A stretch of 60,264 nucleotides of DNA, filler included, from Sphacelaria rigidula (Eukaryota), in assembly GCA_964200075.2 (NCBI GenBank). It is 7 parts of 7 records of this genome, joined end to end, with 100 filler letters (N's around TTAATTAATTAA, not from the genome) between each part and the next. Parts side by side here need not be neighbours in the genome. Positions count along the whole stretch, not along the records: positions 1 to 8,524 come from CAXNAA020010889.1; positions 8,625 to 17,148 come from CAXNAA020010890.1; 5 more parts are not named here. One strand, given 5' to 3'. A program made the position numbers and the translations under genes. Every line of letters begins with the position of its first letter. The first letter of the stretch is position 1. Positions 1-12,935 of the stretch are shown piece after piece. The notes beneath the pieces were generated by a model. It was not told the origin of the DNA and ran no database searches. It saw only the letters and a program-made list of their open reading frames with translations.

Positions 1-152
1 CGTCGATCGTTAAGTCGAATTTCGTGTACCCACGACATTGTCGCTCTCCACTGTTGGGCATGGTGTGAGAAAAAATCCCAGATCGCTCCAAGAATTGAAG
101 CCACGACCCATCAGAAGGTTTCGAGGTTACCAACTGAGCTACCGGGGCGACC
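1..152 (-). mobile_element. tRNA-derived SINE copy (3' part cut by contig start)
   Basis: Aligns with 16209-16388 and 34496-34676. The minus strand begins GGTCGCCCCGGTAGCTCAGTTGG (Pol III A box) followed by a degenerate B box. Confidence 0.75.
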
Positions 153-626
153 AGCGTATGCAGTCAGTACAAAAACACCACTGAAGTCGCTGCTGAGGGG
201 AGGTAAAAACTGTGGTAAAAGGCATACTTATGCACCGCGCCTTTCCTATAAAGTGTACATCCTGTCCCGTCCTGCCTTGTGATGGATGGTGGATGTGCCA
301 TGTGTTGCGCTGTGGATATACGGGACCCCTTTTACGAAATGATCACGAAGGCAGCGCTGTCGACATGACTCGAAAATCGTCACTTGAAAGATCGTTCCTG
401 GGAAACATCTGAAATCGCGGAAATTGCCTTGACCCCACACACAAAAAAATCGGAGGCGTTCCCTGTTATTGCAGGTCGTAGTCATGCCAAGAAAACACCT
501 TGTCCAACCTCAACTAAGCAAAATCTGCAGCAACGTCCCACACAAACAAGCAAGAACACTTTCTGAACACGACGGGACCAAAACTCCAAAGCACAAATAC
601 GTTCTATCGGGCTAAAATGACGACAC

Positions 627-2482
627 TCATTGGACCTCGCCGCAGTCCTCAATCAACACCGGCTTGGACGTCGTACCCATCGGCGAGCTGCCAACAGCTT
701 CCATTTGGTCTATCACGTCCATGCCCTCTGTAACCTTGCCAAACACAACGTGCTTCCCGTCCAAAAAGTCGGTCTTCGTGGTACAGATGAAGAACTGTCC
801 AGTATCACGGGTTTCAGCCAGTTGCAAACGATGGAGGCGGCATGAAGGGGCGATGAGTTTCTTTTCGGTATGTATTTCAATGGTCGAGCGACGACAACAC
901 TTTATCCAAGCGCACCGTGTGAGTGCACCAGTCAAGACCAACTTACAGGTGCGTACCCGCTGTCACTACCTGCGTGAGAGCAGAGTACAGCGACAAGCCG
1001 TTCGTCAGGTATACTCGAGACACCGCATCGTAAAAGGTGGGAACGGGGTATTGCTAGGGTTATGGTTACGGTCAGACAAGGGGAACGACAAGGATAAAGG
1101 TGGGTGGCGACCTGAATACACCACCAGCCTCGGGACCGGCGCGTATCACGTCTCTCATCCCGTGAAATTATTACCAGAGAGTCACTGGACCCGCATGAAA
1201 ATTGCGGGAAAGTGAAACCGAGAGAATATATCATGACACATAATACAACAGATATTCAGGTCTCGATCAAGACGAAAAAACAAGGGTCGCATGCGGAATA
1301 TTGCGGGGTAGCTTTCACACGTCGAACAGATCATGATCACTCTGAAAATTACTTCTTCTCAGTATACGGACCCGGATCATAATCCGCATCGTTTGGCCCC
1401 CCCTTTTTCATGTTTGCTCCTGACAGCGCGGGACGCCGAGCACACCGAGTAGGGCAAAGGTCGCGCTTTGGCTTTTCTGACTCCGCGGTCACATATTTTT
1501 ATTTTTGGAACAACGAATTCGAGAGTCTTTTTTTGATTAGTTGTTTCAGACAGATCATGATCTGACCCACGTGCGGTAGCTTTTTCTTACCTGGCTGCCG
1601 TTCGTGCCGGGTCCAGCGTTGGCCATGGAAAGAATACCCGGTCCGGTATGGCCAAGCTTGAAGTTCTCGTCCTCGAATTTGTGCCCGTAGATGGACTTGC
1701 CCCCTGCCCATACAGAGGAGAGATGGCGCAATCATCAGGGCGTGACACCGGGGAAACCGACGACTGTGCAAAGTAAAACAGGAGCAGATGCAAGTGGTCG
1801 GGCCATGTGAACATCCCTCACATATGGAACAGAGGCGCATGCCTATTTCGTCAAAAGAAAAAAAGGAACGCCCGCGGGAAGCTCAAAACCAGAGATATTT
1901 TCTTCCACCAACTACATCTCCAGAATCTGTGCCATTAGATGTGAGTTTACTACGTTGTGATTTCCCTCACCAGTGCCGTTACCAGCAGTGAAGTCTCCTC
2001 CCTGGCACATGAAAGAAGGGATGATCCTGTGGAATTTGGAACCCTTGTATCCGAAGCCGGGCTCCCCCGTGCACAACTGTCGGAAATTTTCTGTCATTTT
2101 GTTTTTGCGGAAAAGGCAGAGGTAGTTATAGTAATCGCAACAGCGGGCCATAAACACGTACAGGCAGGGACACGCTGTCATGAGTTGTCATGTCGGGAGA
2201 GAAGCGGAACTGTAGCGCTATGCCGTTCAGTATCCTCGGCGATAAATACACCTGGGGTACAAAAGTTTAACAGTGATGGGCAGACACCATCAAGCACGTG
2301 GCTGGCGCTTGTCTGGAGGAAGGTTAACACCAGCTTGTGGTTTCCAACGGAGCGACTGGATACGAGACAAAAATATGAACACGAGCCAAGGTCGAACCTG
2401 CTGTTTTGGGCACAACGTCGGCTCGGAGCTCCATGACTACCCTGCCCGTTGCCTTTCCTCCGATGTTGATGTCGAAAAATAC
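627..2482 (-). CDS. Cyclophilin-type peptidyl-prolyl cis-trans isomerase, spliced; exons 2398-2482, 1971-2090, 1591-1703, 627-794 (first short exon not located)
   Basis: All introns are GT..AG with compatible phases. The joined peptide [127 protein letters not shown]...IEDCGEVQ* is a canonical CypA-like domain. Confidence 0.96.
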
Positions 2483-5400
2483 CTGCGCACAAGCAATAAT
2501 CATTGGACATGAATTTCCACGGACAGGGAAGCGCGGGACAAATGCAGTCAGGGGGTGCATGTAACGAAGAGACACGGCAAACCACCGCCTGACACTTCAT
2601 CAGAGGCCAGGAAATACTTGCACGGTTAGGACAAATCATCACGACTCAAAATGACCAAATCCACGATTTCTTCGGCCTGATTACCCAAAAGGNNNNNNNN
2701 NNGTCACGAGTCGACTCATCATACTAAAACCAAGTAATCTCCAGACGAATTAATATTCGTCCGACCCTTGAATACTTTCATCATCACGGCATTTTCCAAA
2801 CGTATTTTCCCCCAAGAAGCAAGGGAGAAGGGTGACGGCCACGATTTTCGCTGATGAGCAACACACGGGGTCGTCGTCTGCAGGTTCGAACGACCGTGAG
2901 CAGGTGAAATTTCGACTATCCTCGAAACTGTCCCTCAAATCTTCATCCGTGCGAAGACGTGTGCTGTTGTGTGGACGCATCTTGTTCTTGGACTTAGAAC
3001 ATTAAAAAAAACGCCTCCCTTCGGAAACCCGAAGGCAAGCATCATCACAACCTCCACCACATGCCCAACCTGATGTGAATCCTCCAACTCTGGGGAAGCA
3101 ACACCGCGACTGGAGATGATTCTCCCCAAGACACCAGGAGGGAAATACGGTACAACTCTCCACAAACCCGGCATGAAAAAAATCAGCTAGTTGTGAATAC
3201 ACCCGTTGTCTTACCGGTCCCAACTCCGCATATGTCGCTCTGCGTGTCTTAGAAGCCAAGAGAGTGCCATCGGCTGACACGAAGAATAGCACCACCCCCT
3301 TCAAACGAGACTGGATCTGTACGTAAACTCCGCCTAAACACACGCTACGGCACGCCCACCGGGTTTGCGCAAGTGGGCTCGCCGAGTATCGACAACCGGG
3401 AAATATCTTGAGGTGTGTTCGCGAACTCAAGAAACTTCTAATACTCGCTTGGCGCCTCGTGATGTAGCATACTGTGGGGGGAAGGGACGTTCGTCCTGAT
3501 GCGGTCGAGTACCCTTTGGTTGCGTTTCTTTTTGCCTGTAATTTTCGAAGCCCGACGGGGGAGCGTTGCCTGCAGTTAAAAAACTGGTATGCTGTATCGA
3601 TAATGGTAAGACACAACTCTGCGCACACGCGATGCAATGTTCGATCCATGATACGCTCGGTGTGCTCACTGACACAATAGTTACCTGTCTTTAAATCTGC
3701 AGCTTGGTCCATGTCAGTTGACATTGAAGGTCGGACTTACTGTAGACTTTAGCATTTTTGTACAGCATCGTCTGCGGGTAGGATTTGGAGGATGTCCATG
3801 TAGTACAACAGGACAAGATTTTCGTCCAGGGGAACATCGACGTTCACGTGGGTGAACTCTATTTTATGGGGCTTCAGCACACTCAAGAATTCATCAAGAT
3901 TGATGACTTGGATGTACGGCGCGTTCAGGAGTGAAATACTTAAAACTATAGCTAGACCTGGATATTGGCGGGTGGTGAATGGTTCGGCAGGTGAGAGAGA
4001 AGTGGGCGTACCTTGTGGGGGTCATCTACGGTATGCTCGGGGGTGGTATATACCGTTTTGGCACGCTGTGTGCTGAGGTCGACGCTCCTGATTGTGATAG
4101 CTTTTCGTTAAAATACTTGCAGCATGGGGAGAGGACAAACCGAAAAATTCTGCCCACCCGGGGACAAACTAAAGCTATCCCTCTCATAACATTCCAAGCC
4201 TGAGGGGGGGGGTGGTATCCACCGTTTTTGCCTGTTACATATCAACAGCAAAGCTAACGAATACGCCAGGGATGTAATTATATCATGTGACTCGCACCCT
4301 CTCGTCTGAAGACCCACCCGTTCCGAGGGATGGTTTGTCACACCACCTCTCCCTATATATGTTCACAAGGGGTCATTATTCCCGTATTTTCCACGTGTGG
4401 GCGGTTCGATGCCCCGAACACGTGACAGGGTATAACTCACATGTCCAAAACATATCCCATTTCTACCCCGTGTACTTTTTAGTTTGCAAGGAGTATGGCC
4501 AGTCGTTCAGAATAGGCCGGAGCGACAGATTACACCCCTGGGAATGATTTTTTCCCACCCTCGAGTAACCATGCGTTCATCCTCCACATCCATCCATCCC
4601 TTTCCTCTACTGCTTGGTGTTGTGTTTGCATTTGTTCTTGTTCCCCACTTCACTTCGTTTGCTTCTTCTATCCTCTTGTCTTCCCCCGCTTTTCTTGTTC
4701 TTTAGCGAGGATCTCCATTTTGTCTTACCGTGGGTACGTCTATGCTGTCGGTGCACTAAAATGACCAAGACGATTGTGTATGTGCGCCCAGGGAATGAGC
4801 GAAAAGAGTGCTATATTCCACCTCTTCAGCGCCCACAAGCAAGCAGGCCACCGATTCTTTTTCCTCCCCAGGGGATGTGGAATCATTATTTTGGCGGACG
4901 AGAAAACGCCTTTATGCAAACAAGGGGGTTCAGGCCCGTTTACACCATTGTCACGCACAAAGCTCGTGCTCTCTCCTGGTGATGTTTGCACACCACTAGC
5001 ACCTACCCTGCACTCGCACATGCATATCCGCTGTTGTGCGTATCAGTGGCAACTTCAGGAGGATACGAAAGCGTGCAGGGCGTAGCCATCGTGCCCACCA
5101 TAAGCGTTGCCTAACATCAGCTACATTGTAGCAAAACTCCACCTTGGCTGGTCAACCATATTAGGTTGCTTCTGCGATGCTATCGGTCGAAAAAAAATAG
5201 AGCTCGGATGTCCTGCTGGGTCTTAATTTTCTACAGTATTCTCTTCCTCCACGTGACTGTCAGGACTCGCAGCAGGTCGCGGGCGTTAAAACAGTCAAGA
5301 AATGAAGAGTATAAGGCGTACAGGTCAGGCTAAGCAGTAGGCTGGCTTCGCCGACATGCCACCACGTGTCTATTGCTCGAGTACTACGGAGCTTAACCCT

Positions 5401-6182
5401 TTGAGCGCCGGACCTCGTTTTGGTCCAACGTTTCGACTGACAGTCCCGCGGGACATGTGCAGTCATGATCATATTGCTACAGACAGGAACAACTTACAGA
5501 ACAGACAATAGTACAGCGGTCTGCCGACAATAGATACACCGCGGTGCATGCGGCAGTGAAGGGGAGATGGTGAATGATGTTGACCCTACAGGCGCTGGAC
5601 AGAGGCCATTGCTTGCTTGCCCGTGTTTTACTCCGGCAATATTTTGGTTTTGTGCAACGCAAGTGCCCAGGGTGAACCAGTAAGAGTCACATTTGGGGAG
5701 CACAGGACAAGACATGGCGCTGTGTTCTTTGTATTTGCTGTGTTCTCCGTCATCGCTCTCATCTACTGGAAATTGCAATGCAATCAGCCACGGGAAGCTG
5801 GGCGAAAGTGATGTTGGATGCACGTTGTGAACCTGTGCTCTGTTCATACTTCACCCGCGGGGCTACGAAAATGGCGTACAATATTCAAACACTAAAGCAA
5901 GTACGAGTAGTTTGTCCTTTAATGATTATCTTGGTTTTCAAGCGCTTCCATTTCACCCGCTCACCCCCGATAACACCTCCTTCCGCAGAAATCCGGTGTC
6001 CCGAAGCCGTCACTTGCGTAATATGGCGTTTTGAATTTTGGTAAAGCCGTCGCTTTTGATGCTTTCTTGGGGTTATCTAGAGTCCATCTGAGGGCTGCGG
6101 CGGCAATAGGGTCAATGTTCCCGTTCTTCTGGACAATGGGTAAGTACACTTGTACAGACAGTAGATATGTATGGACAGAAGT

Positions 6183-6254
6183 ACGAGCTGGGCCAGCCTA
6201 GAGACAGGTTCAAGCTCTCAAAGCAATATGTCATCGACACAGACGAGTTGGACC
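6183..6254 (+). repeat. Dispersed host repeat, also at 8625-8697 (reverse) and 25720-25772
   Basis: Shared core (ACG/ACA)AGCTGGGCCAGCC..G(A)..(A/G)CAATAT(G/C)TCAT is seen in three different contigs. Confidence 0.7.
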
Positions 6255-6634
6255 GTGATCCGCATTTCGTTTTAATCGTCCAATCAAGGGGAAGCTGCCC
6301 ATCTGCTCAAAAGTCTGAGCCAATATGTTCTCGTTGATTGACCCCCATGCCCCGTAATTCCTATACCTGACGGAAATAGCGTCCAAACTAACATCTATAT
6401 GTAACCTTCAACGATACATTCAGCGGATGACGATTTTTCACGTAGATTTTCCCGGGGCACGGGGAGACGATGGATCCCCTCACCTTCACCTACTTCGTTA
6501 TCTATCTCAAGATATGGCGCACATAAGGTCCCGTACTACAATCAATATATTACGAGCAGAGGCACTAGATGCACAAAATCTGGACATCGCGTCTCAGTTT
6601 TTGAGAGTTGTGATGAAATCTCCACGGGAACCGT

Positions 6635-7972
6635 AGGTAAGGTACCGTACCGAGCGTACCCCCGGTATTTCCCGAGGTATCCCATACCGTGGTATGCGTA
6701 GGTATCGTAGGTATGAGTTTTGAAAATATCTGATTGAGCGGGTACGGTAGGTATTCAAGTATCAAAATATCGTGGTATCGTAGGTATGAGTTTGAAAATA
6801 CCCGATCGAGCGGGTACGGTAGGAGTTGGGTCCGAGCGAATTTTCAAGCTTCCGATCGAAAAAAGACTGAAATTCGTGATACGACACACGGTCACTCGTG
6901 TACAGTACAAACAGTTTGTACTGTCTGCACTGCCTGCAAGCAGTCTGTCTTCAGTGCGTGTGTGCGTGTTTCGTATAGTAGGGTGTGAAAGAGAAGCGGG
7001 CCACGTGCAGTGCAAACAGCCCAAGACTAGCATTTCCCTCTGCTTACAACGCAACGTGAAAAGGACTTCAACAGCGTGCAGCTTTATACTGCCTGCACTG
7101 TGCGTGAGCGTGTACGCAACTCGGTTGCCCACCCTACCACGCAGTTCCGTCGCTGATCCCACCATGAAAGAAGATGCACAAGTTTTCGCCCAAAAAAAAA
7201 TAAACAGAGCATACCCAACAACTGGAGTGTATATATCCCTGTGCACAACTTATACTCGATGCTGCAGGGTTGCGGTGGTAGCTGAGAATGAGCTTGATGG
7301 AGTTAGCATGGTTTTGTGAACGGGTGTTATCTGACGTGGTGGTCTGTAAGGTAGGAGTGAAGTGCCGCTTCGTGCCTTTCGTTTTGTAGTTTTCTCCACG
7401 CGCCACTAATTACAAATTCAAGCTGCAGGCTTCTAAGAACAGAAATGCGGTAGACCTATCAGATCGAGGAAAAAAATCGACCGCACTTCAGACTACATAA
7501 TAGTGAGTGTTCATTCGAATTTACCCAAGCACGAAAATCAGGGGGAATTTGGGTATATATTACTTGTGAAAACAAGACGTACCTACTCCGACAACTTCCA
7601 GCCTTCGCGTAATTTAGTACCAGCTGCTGCACTGCGGGGAGTGCATCGCGTCTGGTATTTACCGGGTATACCCCCAGTATTCACCGGGGTATCCCATACC
7701 GTGGTATGCGTGGGTATCGTAGGTATGGACTTTGAAAATACCCGATTGAGCAGGTATGGTAACTATTGAAATCTCGAAATACCGTGGTATTGTGGGCATC
7801 GTAGGTATGAATTTTGAAAGTACCCGATCGAGCGGGTACGACAGGTATTGACATCTCGTACTACCGTGGTATCGTGGGCATCGTAGGTATGAGTTTTGAA
7901 AATACCCGATTGGGTCGGTATCGGTAGAGTATGAGATGTCCCAAATACCGATACCGGGTGCCTACCTTACCT
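6635..7972. mobile_element. Putative non-autonomous DNA transposon with subterminal tandem repeats
   Basis: Terminal inverted 10-mer AGGTAAGGTA (6635) / TACCTTACCT (7963-7972). About 65-76-bp repeats (ATCGTAGGTATGAGTTTTGAAAATACCCGATCGAGCGGGTACGG) occur twice at 6660-6825 and three times at 7660-7930. No coding capacity; no clear TSD. Confidence 0.6.
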
Positions 7973-8524
7973 TCGCCACCTGTTGAAATTTTGTACGGAG
8001 AAACGCTAGTCCAAAACAAAATAAAACAGAACAGTTTTTTTCTTCATTTTTTTCGTTTTTTCAGAGGAGTTTTGAGGAGAAATAATCATTGCTCTCGAGC
8101 CTCATCTCATTGTTTCAGCTTCATGTTTAGAATTGTGAATTGTGAATTGTGATTTGAAACTTAGAATGAAGAACCACAGAGGTGTGTGTGTGCCGAATTG
8201 AAAAAAAGGGCCTTCATTTTTGGGAGGGGGAGAGATTCGGGCATTCTGGTGAAAAAATGGTCACTACCATACCAGAACGCCCTTGAGATGGAAAATACCC
8301 CACGTGACCCACTTCACTTGGTTCATTATGCCCCAGCGAGGTCTCACACCAAATCTCAATACACGAACACCCAAACGTGGGCCGGTAAGTGACCTGCAAA
8401 ATACTGTTCCGAATTTCTATCGACCCTGTTACTTTTTTTTATTATTCATTATTATTTCCGCACATTTGTCCGATCTCGCGAACCCGTGGTCACAGACGTG
8501 GGCTCGCCTTTCCAATACCGTCCC

Positions 8525-8624
8525 NNNNNNNNNNNNNNNNNNNNNNNNNNNNNNNNNNNNNNNNNNNNTTAATTAATTAANNNNNNNNNNNNNNNNNNNN
8601 NNNNNNNNNNNNNNNNNNNNNNNN
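8525..8624. other. Artificial contig-joining linker (N44-TTAATTAATTAA-N44); identical linkers at 17149-17248, 25773-25872, 34396-34495, 43019-43118, 51642-51741
   Basis: Identical 100-bp spacer with stops in all six frames. It separates contigs of 8524, 8524, 8524, 8523, 8523, 8523 and 8523 bp. Confidence 0.98.
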
Positions 8625-9144
8625 GCCCAATTCGTTTCCGGTGATGAGATATTGCTCTGCCAGGTTAAATCCGTTTCTGGGCTGGCCCAGCTCGTAAGGG
8701 TTTCAAACCATCGTTTATTCACATCTATCTACCGGCTGTATGAGCCGTTATTACCGGTTACGTAGTATGCTACATACAGCCCTCAAAAATTGCCCCAAAT
8801 ATCACGTATTTCGTAGCTCTAGTGAAGCCAAATAAATCGCGTAAAACGTGCATTTCGGCACGTCGCCTCCAGCCAGATCCTCCGGGGGTGCCTCCGGCGA
8901 GGTTTTCTGCCGGGGGGGCTTTCGGTTCGCGGCTGCACCGCTTGATGACCGCGATGATGACCAAACAATTATGTACCATTCAGCTGGTTAATGAGTGCGC
9001 TACGCAACCATTCAACAAATCAGACAAACATTTCCGAGCTCCACTTCTGTATTATTACTGTAGGCTTGTGCCCTTTAAGTGGGGCATTTTGAAGCAGGAA
9101 CCCCGCCGGGGTCTTATATTTATTTCCTCGAATTCGGTGTGTAA

Positions 9145-9341
9145 GGCCAACTCTTATGGGGGCGTTTAGAATCTTATTTTGCAATAATTTTGAACGATTT
9201 TTTTTTTTTTCTTTGCCGTAGTTCAGTTGTGTATTTTGTGCCCGTTCACCATGATGACAAAGAAAAAAGAAAAATTCCTCTGATAAATTTCTCTGATATT
9301 GTTGCAACATAAAATTTCAAACGCTCCCATAAGAGTTGGCC
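9145..9341. mobile_element. Tourist-like (PIF/Harbinger) MITE, 197 bp
   Basis: ~45-bp imperfect TIRs GGCCAACTCTTATGGGGGCGTTT... / ...AAACGCTCCCATAAGAGTTGGCC, flanked on both sides by TAA (9142-9144, 9342-9344). Confidence 0.85.
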
Positions 9342-11469
9342 TAAGCAAAACAAGGACGCATAATTTATGCGAAGTGTGCAAAACGCATGAAGAAGGGCAA
9401 ATGTCTGTGATAGTTATTGTTGTCTTCACGTTAATTAAACGCTTAGACCGCGAGGGTAGGTCACCTGCTGAATCGGCATCAATTTTCATTTGAAAAAAGT
9501 GTGCGCGATCCAGATGGACTACCCGCACCACGGTCTGAGGGTTAAAGTATTTATATCCGATAATACATGATCCGGTTCGTTCTCCGATGCAGTTCGGTCG
9601 TGAACAGTTGCATGTGATGACGATTCGTCCTGACCCACAAACCTCACATCCTGCTACTACCCTGTGATCGCCCACGTCAGAGCAGCGAGATTATTTGTGT
9701 TCACCGGAGTCGCCAATGGTGGACTTGATGCTTCCCGATATATTCAGCTGCAAATCAATGTAAAGCTATACCGGAAACCCCGAGCTGGGTATACCTCTTC
9801 TGTTCACGGTTGCTTCTAACAGGAAATAATAATGTTATACCAAACTCTTCGTGGTCAAGGGGTTCATTTGACCTTTGATGGTCATGGTGGGTTCTGTGTT
9901 GAATCGGCATCATTTTCACCTGAAAAATGACTATCACCTGGTGGCACACGGGATGTCGGTCAGGTAACCCTTTGATATCAAGGGTGGATCGTCCGGGCCC
10001 TCTAGGCCTTGATCGATGTCGTATCAACAGATGGCCCACTTTGGCGTTTTAAAAAATTACTCCTTTTGACAGCCAGGGTGGGCATCTCTATCTAACTTTT
10101 GGACAGCCCGGGCCGAAACTCCGTTCAACCTCTTGATTGCTAGGGTGAGCGATTGCCTCTAACCCTTCGACTGCTGGGGTGGGCAACCTGTTGAATGGGC
10201 ATACTTTTCACTTGAAAAATGAGAGACAGGGCGGTTCACCAGGGTCTCAGTCATGGTGAATCATATTGGTCTCACAGTCACCATTGAGGCAAAAAGTATG
10301 ACGGTTAAAGAGAGTACTTACTCTGGCGGTCAAATGGTCAACCCCATCATGGTGGTCAGGGGCAGTTGTCTATTCCGGCGGTATCACTCTGCACTGTTTT
10401 ATTCAAATGAAAACAAGTCAAGACCCGGGCAGCGAGTAGCCATCCCCCTGCCGGTCAAACGGTTAAACACTTCTGATTTATATCCTCGGATCTTCAAGAC
10501 TCACAGCAATACTGAACGGCTGCGAGCGGGGTATTCTTGTGCATGCGCATTTCCCATTTTCTGTGTTGTGTTCATCGAGTTTCGTTTCATCAACTCAACA
10601 GTCTCGGGTGCCCTTTCCTCCTCAAAAAATCAACTGTCGTTGAGTATTCTGCATACTTTCGTTGTGTGACCTCTACGATTGGAAAGAAGTGTGAAACGTT
10701 GGATGTTTTTTTTTACTTGTTGGTACTGTATCTAGCGGCTTACTTCTTCAATGAACTTCTCTTGTTTTGTCTGGGTCGTTTTTGTGACGGAGTTCCAGTA
10801 CAATATAGAGCATGACATTTTATCCTGTACCGGGCACTAGCATGTGTAATCATCCCGAGTCTATCTGTGAGCGGGAGAACAAGACTGAGTGACATGTACA
10901 CAGATGTAATGCTAATCTCTGCCTTGGCGAGGTTCCACACGAGCAGGGTGTACCACAGTCCAGTCCAGGGTGAGGTGCAGTGAAATCATCGCTGTATCCC
11001 TTGGCCGTGAGAGCTGAAGGGTTCCAGGCGTGGCAAAAGCAAGTGGCGAAAGGTTCGTCTGTGGATACGCGTCTAATCCAAGCTTGCTTAAATCACCCAG
11101 TCGGCCTACCTCATGTATCTGCAGTAGGGTACTGTACAGTAGTGTCATTTTTTGAAAAGGAGCTCTACGTCCCTTCACCGAGGCGGACAAAACGACACAA
11201 GAGTTTTTCACAACAGGCGAAATTGTGCCACTGGCTGCCGTAGTCGTAGTTATCCCCACCACAGTAATCGGTCGTGGCTGCATCATCTAGCCAGCCAACA
11301 CTTTCACAACGACGCGAAAGTGAACATCACGGAAGAAGGTTATTACAGACGGGGGAGGGGAGGAGGGTGAAGTTCAGAGGAAGGAACAGCTGTTGATAGC
11401 CTGGAGGGACAACAGCCCGAGAAGAAGGATAGCGGAGAGGAGAGGCTTTGTGAAAGAGAAGTAGGTGGC

Positions 11470-12935
11470 ATGGCCTCTTCGGTGAGGAGGACACGGGAGA
11501 GAAAGAAGCGGGAGAGGCTGAGAAATACCAACTTGACGCCTTTGTCGCAGCTTTCCCTCCGGGGCGTGTTGCTGGAGCCAGGCCCCGCGAGTCCTTTGAT
11601 CTCCACGACGAACCTCGTGCCGGGACTTAGTTCGAGCGTTGTGAAGCTCGATCGACTCGGGAAAGGTACGAGAGGGGTCAAGTTTGTTGTGATACAAGGA
11701 AAGGTGTGGAAGATCTGTACACGTTCATGTCTTCCCGGACGTGGGGCCTTCGTTTTGTAGTCTCTTCTCAAAGTGTTCCTGTATTTTGATCGAGCAGTAG
11801 AATGTGCTACTTTCGCTTTCGGCCGATTTGGACTGATCAGAGAGTCTCTAGGCATGAGTCTCGCGATCCCTCCGTGGCTTCGCCAACCAGAGATGGAAAC
11901 GGCACAACGACTATAGAAAAGTCAAACAGACGAACAACCCGACAACCTCATCAGCTAGCACCAGAGTTCGTCAGTAGTCTCGAGTTTAAGACGGATGACA
12001 CCGAGAAGGGTCTCACCAGCGACATCTAAGCTGTGCTGATTTTTCCCCTTTTCTCTACCTGGCTCTAAATGCCGACCTTAGCAAGGAAACACGCCCAACC
12101 ATGACGGTAGATCTGTTGATGCTCTAAATGAAAGAGAGTAACGGATACCCACACATGATACACCCACAGACTGAACTGTTGTGTACAAGTTCTACTAGAC
12201 TGTCTCTACTTGACCTACTACAGTTGACTGTACTCAAATGCATTATAGTGGTCTATGTCACCTCTTGATTTCTTGGGACGTGATGCGATCGAGCCGGGGG
12301 AGGGGGCAGGCAAGAGCCGATTTAATTGACCTATTCAGCCCGCTTCTGCCGTTCGAGCCGGCTTTTGTTTCTCAATGTCGGTGCAAATTAGTGCTCAGTT
12401 GTTGACGAAACATGTCTATTCGTCCTCGCGCAACTTTCCCCGGAAAAGAAAACAGTTTTCGGTACCTCTTTGTCCCGTGGTACTAGTTGTGGTGCGTTGG
12501 TTGCACGCGAGAAACCAGACGGATGGCTTAACTCTAAACTCCGAAAACTCAATTGATCTCATCGACATGATACTGTACGTTGAAATAATCACCACAGGCG
12601 CAACGAGCAATGTTTTCCGAGCGGTCCACGCAGCCACTTTGAAAATGGTGGCCCTGAAGGAGGTGTCTGTGAGCACAGACGCAGATCGGAGGGCTGTGCG
12701 TACGGAAATGCGAGCTCTAGTCACGCAGCGACACCCTTTACTACACTCGGCCTTCACGACCGACCTGGCATCCTGCCCGCGAATTGTGGATTACTATGGC
12801 AGCGTTGTCAGAGAAAACGGAAATGCGTGTATTGCCGTGGAGTATGTCGCAGGGGGTAGTTTAGATAGCTGGCTGGACAGCGGCTATCGGTGTCCGGAGG
12901 CGTGGATCGCCCACATCGCGCATCAGGCCCTTGAG
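11470..12935 (+). CDS. Ser/Thr protein kinase, MAPKK (STE7)-like, partial; exons ~11470-11665 and 12598-12935
   Basis: Splicing G|GTACG...ACAG|GC joins VKLDRLGK-G-ATSNVFRAVHAATLKMVALKEV (Gly loop, VAxK), then SCPRIVDYYGS and IAVEYVAGGSL. The exon ends GAG|GTACG. HRD/DFG exons were not found in this contig and the 5' start is uncertain. Confidence 0.85.

Noticed and set aside
3002-3724. 240-aa minus-strand ORF as 5' part of the cyclophilin or a TE gene
   Set aside because: No recognisable motif, no compatible splice link, and stops immediately upstream.
8569-8580. TTAATTAATTAA repeated every ~8.6 kb as a biological periodic motif
   Set aside because: It is embedded in fixed N runs; this is a six-frame-stop assembly linker.
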